Below are positions 46,701 through 58,700 of a stretch of DNA of 64,000 nucleotides, in pieces. Location of the stretch: IMG/VR virus record IMGVR_UViG_3300027759_000044; one strand, 5' to 3'. How positions within the stretch are numbered: position 1 is the stretch's first letter; each line of letters begins with the position of its first letter. A program made the translations under genes and the position numbers. The stretch comes from a virus. Its lineage: Duplodnaviria; Caudoviricetes. The notes under the pieces were generated by a model, which searched no databases, was not told the origin of the DNA, and was given only the letters and a program-made list of their open reading frames with translations.

Positions 46701-49700
46701 CACAAACAATAGTAACCTTTACCGTGCCTGACCCACTAGTAGACACCGTAATTGAAATATTATTATTAAGTGATCAGGTAAGTGAAACAGCTTATTATGG
46801 TATACCTATTAACTTGAATAATAATCCACTAAATGAAGATATTACTACAGTTAATGTGGGTGATATACGTGGTCAATATCAAAGTAGTTTCTACAATAAT
46901 CCAAACACCACCGGCGATGTATTTGGTTCAAACAATTACCGTGATTTAGGTAATATGGTACCATATGGTAATAGAATTATTCAAAATAGCGCAAGTTTAG
47001 TATTGCCAGGTGCATTCTTGCGTAAACAAAATCATAATCTATTCAATGCGTTAATGTATAATAGCAGAGAATATATTACATTTAAAACATTATTAGTTGA
47101 TACTATTAATACAACTGATTTTACAGAACGTTTATCTCCGTCGACCATGTTAGACAACGCATTGGATACAATTACTAAAGCAAAAACAGATAGTAATAGT
47201 TTCTTTTGGAGTGATATGTTGCCATCGAAAGCGGCATATATTACTAATACATATAGTTTTGCAAATGCATTAGATGTAAGTATATATCCATTAAGTAAAA
47301 TATATAATTTTGCCACAGCTAACTATAACGGAGTATTAGTTTATATAACCAATACATCAGGAATTATAACACAATTAATAAGTGGAGTTGATTACACAAT
47401 CAGTATTGATAGCCCATCATTAACAGTAACATTAGATTTAGCACCGGGTGATCAAATTACAATTAAAGAATATAATCAAACATATGGTAGTTATGTTCCA
47501 AATACTCCTACTAAATTAGGATTATATCCCTCAACTATTCCTACTGTTATATTAGACACAGCATTCTATCAACCTACATATTTTATTGTAGGTCACGATG
47601 GTTCATATAATAAATTATATGGTGACTACATTGACGGAGTATTAATTGATTTTAGAGATCAGGTATTACTTGAATTTGAAAAACGTATATATAATAATTT
47701 GAAATTAAGTAATGTTATTCCTATACAAGAATATGAAGTACTACCGGGCTTCTTTAGAGATACTGATTATAGTTATGATGAAATATTACAAATTTATACA
47801 ACTAGTTTCTTAGATTGGGTTGGTCAAAATAGAATTAATTATAAAACTCAGTTTTATAGTGCTAATAACGAATTTACATACAATTATAATCAAAGTGGTA
47901 ACAAGATAAACAGAGAAGTTATCCCACAAGGATATTGGAGAGGTATATATGAATACTTCTATGACACCAGTAATCCTGATACAATGCCATGGGAAATGCT
48001 TGGATTTACTGATAAGCCAACATGGTGGGAAACACGTTACGGTCCAGCGCCGTATACTAGTGATAACTTAGTATTATGGAATGATTTAGCAGAAGGTATT
48101 GATTGGAATAATGGTAATCCAGTTGTTATACCACAAGCAATTCGTCCTGAATTATTACAAATATTACCCGTAGATAGTCAAGGCAACTTAGTATCACCTT
48201 TTGTTTCTATTGTGGGTAACTACAGTAACACATCATTCAATCGTGACTGGATAGTAGGTGATGTGGGTCCGGCAGAATTCTCATATCGTAGAAGTAGTAG
48301 TTGGCCGTTTGACTTAATGCGTATACTAGCATTAACAAAACCAGCTGAATTTTTTAACTTAGGTGTTGATATTGACAACTACAAATACAATGAAGAATTT
48401 AATCAATATCTAGTTAATGACCGTAGTCATTTAGTTATAAGTGATGTAGAAATTTATGGTAATGGTGTTGCTAAAACAAGTTATATCAATTGGATTGTTG
48501 ACTTTGAAAAACAAGTAGGAATTGATTCTACCACTAATATTACTGACCTCTTATTTAACATTGATGTTAGATTAGTATACAGACTTGCCGGCTTCAGTGA
48601 TAAGAATTTATTAAAATTCTATGTTGAAAAATCAACCGCTAATAGTAACAACAGTAGTTTGTTGATACCTGATGAAAGCTATCAAGTATTGTTATATGAT
48701 AATCAACCATTTGATAAAATTGTTTATAGTGGTGTGGTTATTCAATTAACAACTACTGGTTACAAAGTATATGGTAATAGTCAAACCAATGCGTATTTTA
48801 CAATATTAGCACCAAAAATTAATGGCAATTATGAAAGAGTATCAGTTCAAGGATTGAGTGTACAATTAGCTAGAGATTATTATGACACACCTGAGGTAGT
48901 AGCATATGGTACTGAGTTCGTAACAGTACAACAAGTATCACAATTCCTAGATGGTTATGGAAGATATCTAGCAAGCCAGGGAGTATTATTTGAACAAATA
49001 GAATCTGGATTAACAGTTAGTTGGAGACAAATGGTAGCCGAATACTTGTATTGGGCACAATCTGGTTGGGAAGTAGGAAGTATTGTTAATATTAACCCAG
49101 CAGCCAATTTAATTTCTATCAACAAAGATAGTTATATTGTACAACCGTTAACACTACAAAGACAAAACTTTGTGTTAAATCAAAACTTGTATCCAATACA
49201 AAGTGTAGATTTAAGTATAGTTCGTGATGGAACATTATTTACAGCACAGCCGTTAAATCAGGGTGACACGGTTGCGTATGGACAATTTAGCATTAGTAAT
49301 TTTGAACATGGTATTGTATTTGATAATGTTACATTATTTGATGATGTAATATATAACTTGATTACTGGTCTACGTCAAAATCGTATTACTGTTCGTGGTG
49401 CTAAAACTGCTGAATGGAATGGTACAATTGATGCACAAGGTTTTATTTTAAATCAAGATAATATACTTGACTGGAATAAAACAGTAAAATATACAACCGG
49501 TAGCATTGTTAAGTATAAAAACAAATATTGGATTGCACTTACTATTATTCAAGCAAAAGAAATATTTGAAGAACGTGAGTGGAAAGAAACAGATTATAAC
49601 GAAATACAAAAGGGTTTATTACCTAATACTAGTACCCGTTCATATGAAAGCACAATATACTATGATGTAAATCGTGCTAACTTAGAGAATGATGCTGACT

Positions 49701-52700
49701 TATTAAGTTTTAGTTTGATTGGATATCGCCCTCGTGATTACTTGGCATTAGTTGATTTAACTGACATTACACAAATTAATGTTTATAAAAACTTTATTAA
49801 AAATAAAGGAACATTAAATGCGGTCAGTGCCTTTAAGGGTGCTAACCTGCCACAAGGTGGTATTGACTATGATGTATATGAAAATTGGGCTATTAAATCA
49901 GGAGAGTTTGGTGGTGTATTAAACAGTAACTTTATTGACTTTAAATTAAATCAAAATTTATTAACCGGCAATCCTAGTATAGTTGGATTAACTAATGGTA
50001 TATCCACTAGTGGTGTACAACAAGAAGTACCGTTATACAGTTTGTATAATTATGCTCGCCCTGTAACTAGTACAGATGTATTACCATTATTACCAACTGA
50101 TACTCCCTCTACATTGTTCCCTTATGCAGGATATGTTAATTTTAATGATGTACGTATTGCGGCATATTATTACTATAACTTGGCAAACAGTATATCTCCT
50201 CGAGGCGTAATAACACCCTTATCAGAATTATATGTAGGACAATATGTTTGGTTAGCTGATTATCAAGGCACTTGGCAAGTTATGACACCGGTAAGTTTGG
50301 GTGCTGTAATATTTGCAAAAAACAATTTAAATGGTACAGCAACACTAACATTTGTCAATCCACACGGACTAATAAAATATCAACCATTTGCTGTTGTTAA
50401 TTTCAATGATAATTTGAATGGTTATTACATAGTTAATACTGTAATTGACCTTAATACAGTATTGGTTAATGTAACATTAGAACCGGCAATTACTACAGTA
50501 ACTGGGCAGGGAATTGGATTTAAATTCCAATCACAACGTGTGGATAATCCTAGTGATATAATTGATTTACCTTTATTGAATACTGAATTTGTTAAAACTA
50601 AAGTTTGGGTAGATACTAATAATGACGGTGATTGGGCCGTATATCGCAAGAGTTTAAATTATGCTTATGATTCTGAATTAGTAAAAGATGGGTCAGAAAC
50701 TTTTGGTAGTGCAGTCGCATATACTGATACATTGGGTTACTTAATTGGTGACGCAGATGCTGGCCGAGTATATCGTTATTCTTTCAATGTATTATTTGAT
50801 AGATATGATTTGATTCAAACTTTAACAGGTACCGCTTCATTTGGTACAAGTATTGCTTATGCTAATGATATATTTGTGGTGTCTCAACCTACAGGTACAC
50901 CTGAAGTTTACATTTATCAATTGGTAGTTAACACTACCGTAGATGAATTACAATCGTTACAATCTGCTATCTCAGCGCCCGGTGGTGTAACTGAGTGGGG
51001 AAGTGCTATTGCTATATCTGGTGATACCAATTGGTTATACATATCAGCAGTAACATCTTCTACTAGTCTAGTATATGTTTATCGTTATTCAACTATCACA
51101 GAAGAATATGAACAATCTGCTACTATTGATTTGGGATTAACCAATGCTGATAACTTTGGATACTCATTGTCAACAGATTACTATGGTGATACTGTTATAA
51201 TTGGAACACCTAATCAAAACTATAATGCTTCTACGGAAAATTGGGGATACACCTATGTATATGATAGAACTGTTCAAAATTTTGAAGCACAATACACAAG
51301 TATCCCGTTAGTACCTCAGACATTTACGTTAGCGTGGACACCTAGCACAACTTCAATAACTGTTACTGCAAGTGATTCAACGTTAGATCGATTTACCTGT
51401 GCTAGTAGTTCTACTCTTAATATAGGTGACCCTATCACATTTACCGGAACAGTGTTTGGTGGAATAGCATTGAGTACGGTTTATTATGTATTAGCTAAAC
51501 CTTCAGGAACTACTTTTACTATATCTGCCACACGCAGTGGATCAACGTTACAATTAAATAACGGTAGTGGATCAATGACCGCAACACAACAAGACACACC
51601 ATTGTACGTATCAGTTAATGGAACTTTGATTGATGATTCAACATATTTTAATGTGGGTTCTACTATTACTATAGTACAAGGATTAAACGCAGGTGATATA
51701 ATCACGGTAAGTGGTAACAACTTTGTGTTATCCCAAACTCTTACAACTGAAAACACACCTAGAATTGGTGTACAATTTGGTATCAGTGTAGATACAAACA
51801 CATATGCTAGTGAAATATTAGTTGGAGCTCCGTTTGAATTAAACAGTACAAACCAAGAAGGCGCTGTATATCGTTATACCAATGGTGGTGGCAAGTATGG
51901 TATGATTATTGGTACAACTGAAACTAATGTCACTACTACTAGAATTATTTTAATTAATGGTTACATAGTAACATTAACTGCCGGTAATGTAACAGTAGTA
52001 GCAAATTCAATTAATCAAGCAAGTATTACTAATGTACAAGCATATGAGCAATTAGATATTTATGGTGACCCAACAGGCAACTTAATTATTAGTTTATTAG
52101 ATAATTCATTAGCATCACCAAATGATAAACTTAATATTACAGTATTAGATACAGCTACATGGGCCGAATTGGGAATTAACACCTACACTCAAACACAAAT
52201 AATTAATGATCCGCATACTCAAGTCACAACTCAATTTGGTAACGTAGTAAAATTTAATGAATTTAACTCATTTGTAGTAAGCGCACCTACTGCTACACGT
52301 TATACAGCAACAACATTTGATTCTACTGATGATGAAGATTATGATAATGACACATTATTTGATAATAATGCGACACAATGGATAGATACTTATCAAAATG
52401 CGGGTGCTGTGTATATGTTTGATTACCTATCAGTTTACAATGAATCATTAATAAACTGTGGTAATTTTGTATATGCACAGAGTACAAATGATATTAATGA
52501 AACATTTGGTAGTCAACCAATGTATGGTCATTCTATAGATTTTAACGCATCACGTGTAATTATTGGTACTCCGGATTTCAAACCAGATACCGTTGCAGGA
52601 CAAATTGTAACGTATTTTAATTCTATCGCAGAACCTGATTGGAGTGTATTCAGAAGTTCAAGTCCAGTTGTTGATATTAACCGAATTCAAAACATACAAT

Positions 52701-55700
52701 TGTATAGCGCAATTACTAATAATACATTAGATAATTTAGATTATATTGATCCATTACAAGGTAAAATATTAGGATCAGTAAGACAAAATATTGATGTAGT
52801 ATCAAATGTTGATCCGGCTGGTTATAATAGTCCTGATAATACGCAGGGCTCAATTGTTTGGGGCGGCGCCCAAGTTGGACAATTATGGTTTAACACAAGT
52901 ACTACACGATTTGTAAATTATCATCAGGATGATGTTGTATATAACAGTAAATGGTGGGGACAAATATTCCCAGGCAGTGATGTAACTGTTTATAGTTGGA
53001 TAACAAGTAATGTTCCCCCGATATCATATCCGGGCCCGGGGACACCGTTTACTATTGACAATTTTGCAATTGAATATATTTTAAATGCAACCGGTATATT
53101 AACTCCTGTATACTTCTATTGGGTAAGAAATACTAATATTATATTTACCAAGCTTGGTAAGACTTTAGCTGATAGTATTATTCAATCTTATATTGCGTCA
53201 CCTATTAATTCAGGAATCAGTTATTTTGCTCCTTTAGACCAAGATATATTTGCTTTATATAATTGTGGAGACAACATCAATGCTAATGATACAGTACTAC
53301 ATATAGGTTATTCTACTGGAACAAATGATGATGTTTCACATAGTTTATACAATTTAATTCGTACTAATTATGCTGACGATTTCTTACCTGGATTACCTAC
53401 TGTTGATGGATCTGGCGTTCCTAAATCATTATATGATAGAATGTTAGATAGTTTATGTGGTGTAGATGAATCCGGTGCAGTAGTGCCTGACCCATTCTTA
53501 CCTAAACCAGTTCAATATGGTATATATGCAAGACCAAGACAAGGTTTCTTTGTCAATAGATTACTTGCATTGAAAAATTATTTAACATATGCTAATGACG
53601 TACTAGCACAGTATCCTATTAGTGAAACACGCAGGTCATTGTTTTTGTTTACTGAAGGAGCGATAAATCGTTCAACCGACCCAGTATATAATACTGATCC
53701 AACAAGTCCTTATTATAGTGTCAATCCATGGACAGGTCCAATTATACCATTCTATAATACTACGGATTATTGGTATTATATTAATTGGTGGGCAACTGGG
53801 TATGATAATAATACTAAATCAGCGTTACAAGTACCTATCTATGCTGACTTAGCAACAATAAATGCCACCGCTGGTTTAATTGTTACTGTTACAGCAAACG
53901 GAGATGGTAAATCTGAAACCTATGTATATACTAATTTAAATATATGGGAACGTATTGGTTTACAAGACGGTACTATTGAATTTAGTAGTAATTTGTGGGA
54001 TTATTCGGTGGCTAGATTAGGCTTTGGTGACAATTTCTTTGATACTACGCCGTATGATACATATCCATCACAAGAAACACGTAGTATAGTTAGAGCATTA
54101 AATGAAGAAATTTATACTAATGAATTATTAATCTTTAGAAATAAAAGTTTAATTTTATTATTTGAATTCATTCAAAGTGAATCTATTGAATCACAGAATT
54201 ATTTACCATGGTTAAATAAAACATCATTTGTTGATGTTGGACACACCATACGTGAATTATTACCATTAGAAGTATTCCAATCAGATAATCAAGATTTCTT
54301 AGCCGGGTATGTTAATGAAGTTAAACCGTACCATGTAGTTATTAAAGAGTTCTTATTTAAATATACAGGTTCTGAGTTATATGAAGGAACTATAACTGAT
54401 TTTGATTTACCAGCTCAGTACAATACTGAAATTCAACAGTTTATAACTCCTGAATTAGTATACACTAATCCAAGCGGTGATAATCAATATTTACCTACAG
54501 ATCCTATATGGCAAACTGCTCCGTATTCTGAGTGGTTTAACAATTATGGATTAGGTATTACTGGAGTTGATGATTATCAGATAACCGTGTTGGCATCATA
54601 TGTTTCATTAAATTCGCCGGCTATGGCCGTAGATAATGCGTATGGTTTCCCAATTAATGGTATTATATTAATAGGTGATGAATTAATAGGATATTCTAAT
54701 GTTGACCGATCAAATAATACACTTAGTGGATTAACACGTGGTATTGATGGCACACCAATATCAATACATATTCCGGGAGAAATAATTACAATAAATTTAC
54801 CTGCAGTATTAGTATTAAATAGTGGTCGTGGATATACTGAACCTCCTAGAGTAATTGCATATATTGATACTACTATATATCCAGAACCAAGACGTGCCGC
54901 AGTACTACAAGTAGTAATGAATTTAGATTCAATATTGCGTGTAGATGTAATTGATCCAGGTGATGGATATGTTGTATTACCTGAAATTATAATCGATCCA
55001 TCTGTATCAGTGACATTTACGTCAGACGATGTTAATTTGATATCAAATACAATATCATTACCTTCACCATTATTACAAACTGGTGACTTGATAAAATATA
55101 CTATAGGAACAAATACCACTGCCGTTGGTGGATTAGATGTTGACCAATATTACTATGTACATGTATTAGAAACTACACCAACATTTGTTGTTGCTTTATA
55201 TACTACGTATAGTGATGCTATTAACGATAGTGATCGTGTATTCTTGTTTAATATTGGTTCAGGAGTTAATAATGTATTAAGCGTTAGTGCTAGAGCAAGT
55301 TGTGTATCAACTTCTTTACCAATAAGAGAAAATCAAATTACATTGAGATTTGATAGAACATCGTACAATTCAGAATTAACTGACTGGGTAGGAGGATCAT
55401 TTTATGGAAGTTTCTATGCTGGATTATATAATAATTCAGAAAGAATTTCTAGTTCAAGTATTGGATTACAATCAACTCAACCTGACATTGACACCATATT
55501 AGCCAGTGCGGCAGGCGCAGTTTTTGAAATTGAAGATGTTACAAACGTTGAAGTACTTACTTGGAGCTCACGTACTAGAATTGTATCAGCGATTAATACC
55601 AGTACTAATGTAATAACAATAACTGCTTCAGACGGTGGTGCATCACTTATCAATAGTGATACAATAACTAATCCAACTATAGGTTTTTATATTGGCATGC

Positions 55701-58700
55701 CAATTCAATTTATAGGATCTGTTGCCGGTAACATAATAGTAGAAACTACTTACTATATTAAATCATTAGTTGATGGAGATAAAATTACATTATCTGCTAC
55801 AATATCAGGTGGGGTGCCCGGTGGAGAATTGTCAATGGCGGGAACAACATTAGGATCAGCTGGTTTAACTGCTTATGTAGGTGAAGTAACTAACACCGCG
55901 GTAGTTACTATGTTTTATCCCGGTATATTAACAGCTACAGCTACTACAAGTACAACCAATTCAATAACAGTTCCGTTAACAGGTAGTGGTTTAGGCGGAA
56001 CTACTGGATTCTACACAAATTTACCAGTATTTTTTGTAGGTACTGTATTTGGTGGTGTTATTGAAAATGAGAGATATTATGTTACTACTGTAATAGACGA
56101 TGAAACATTTACTATGTCTACAACAGAAGATCCTGTAATGGTTAGTGTCACCAACACTACAGCTAGTACGGATTATATTACGTGTGATGATGCAACTGGT
56201 TTATCATTCAATGACCCTATAATATTTAATAGTATGAGTGTTAGTGGATCTGCCGTATCAACATTTGGTAATATAGCAGACGGGACCATTTATTATGTAA
56301 GTGCTATAATTAATGATACTAATTTTCAAATATCTACTGTACCTAATGGTGGAACATTTGGCTTAGCTGATCAGGCTGCAGGTACAGGTACAGGATGTAC
56401 AGGAACAGATCAAAAAGATATAGTACAATTAACTACCGCTACAGGTACAATGACATGTAATGTTGGATTACCGGTTAGTCCGGGTCAAGTTACCGGACAA
56501 CAATTTACATTCTATCCAACATCAACAACTACTGTATCTTCTCCTGCATTCACTCAAGGCAATTTGATTACCAGAACTATTAAGAATGCATTAGCTGACG
56601 GAGATTATCTATCATTAGAATCTGAAACCGGTGGTATAACTAATGTTTATGTAAATATGCCTATTAGGGTAGCTGCATCATATGGTGGATTAAGTACAGG
56701 TACAACATATTATGTTAAAGAAATTGGAACAGTAACTACTGAAGTAATTCAAACTACGTCAGCAAACGTATTAATTTCTACAGGTACAGCTGGATTTTAT
56801 GTTAATATGCCTATAACCTTTACAGGGTCTACCTTGGGCGGAACTATTGAAAACACATTGTATTTCGTCAAAACTGTAAATGTTAATGGAACTGATTTTA
56901 CTATCACGGAATCACTGGGTGGCACAACACTTGCCTTGAGTAATGATACAGGATCAATGACAGTAACCGGAGAACCCTACATTAAGGTGTCATCAACACT
57001 GGGAGGCGGGGTCTTACCACTATCAGATTCAGTAATTAATACAAGTACAATATTGACACAGTACCCAACATCAGCTCCGACATTTGATGTAAGTTGGATA
57101 TTAGGTGGGTATAGTGTTGAGGTCACCGGAGCAGGTACAGGATATGCAATTAACAATACCTTTACTGTATTAGGTGCAGCATTATCTGGTACCACTCCAG
57201 CAAATAATTTAGTAATGACAGTTAATACTATCGGAACTAATGGACAAATAACATCATTAATTAATTCAGGTACTCCTCCTGAAATTGTTGAACAATATTA
57301 CTTAAAAGTAATATCAACAACAGAATGTGAAGTGTATAGTGATTCACAATTACAAATTCCAGTTACTGGAATAAACTTCCCGTTCACCTCAGGTGATTAC
57401 GCATTATTACCGGAACCATTCTACTTTAATCAAAGTATCGTCAAATACAACAATAGAGTTTATCAATGTATTGTCAGTAACAATGACACAGAGTTCATAT
57501 TTGGTAAATGGGAAGAATTACGTAGTGACAGTAGAAAACTAAATGCCCTAGATAGAATTATGGGTTATTATCAGCCAACTATTAATATGCCAGGTTTGGA
57601 TTTGACGCAATTAGTAGATGGCATTATTTATCCAAATAGTACATACCAAGATAACGCTTTCCCTCCCTCTGAAGAATACACATTAGATACTATCTTACAG
57701 GATCAATTGTTTAGTCCACTTCAAGTGGATGTTACTTCTATAGTATGGAACGGTACTACATATTTTGCCCCAGCCAATACACCTACATATTCAGATATCA
57801 CTAATAGTACTAATGGAACTACTTGGGTATCTAATAAGTTATCAAATCAACCAATAGCATTAACTGATATAGTATACGCAGATACAAAATATGTCATGAG
57901 TTCACAAAACAATGTAACTCCTATATTAGTAAGTACTGATGGACTTGTCTGGACTACTACTGGGCTAACAATTGGGTCAGTTTCAATAGATAACACAAGT
58001 TTAAATAGTGTTGATTATTTTAACGGCATCTATGTTGCTGTTGGTGATAATATTGTATCTAGTGTGGATGCTTATACCTGGATAGAAAGATTTAACTTCA
58101 CTAATATGGTTTTATATGGTGTATCAGCTATAACTATTACTAATTTTAATGGATTTATTGCTGTTGGAGTTGGCCCTGATTATAGCGTTATCCCTACAAT
58201 AACACAAAGTGTTATATTAAAAAGTTTAGACGGAATATCATGGACAAATATTACACCATCTGCATCAGCCGAAACATTATATGGTGCATCTAGTGGTAAC
58301 AACACTATTGTAGTTGTTGGAAATAACGGAGCTATATTTACAAGTATTAACGGTAGTAACTGGAATAATATTAGTACCGGTAGTGCTAACTTAAGAGATA
58401 TTACTTATTCTGATAGTCTAGGATTATTTGTTATTGTTGGAGAAACTGGATTTATTAGTACATCTGATGGTAGCACATGGTCAGTAGAAACATCAGGTAC
58501 TACTGAAAATCTAAATAGCGTAATATGGAATAGTGATTTAAGTGAATTTATTGTAACAGGTAATAACAATGTTATACTTAAGAGTACAAACGGCACCAAT
58601 TGGACAATTAGTAATATATTTATTACTGACCCTACTATATATGATGTTCAAGGTGATTCATTCACATCGGGTTATGGTCCTGAAGAATTAGTACCGGGAG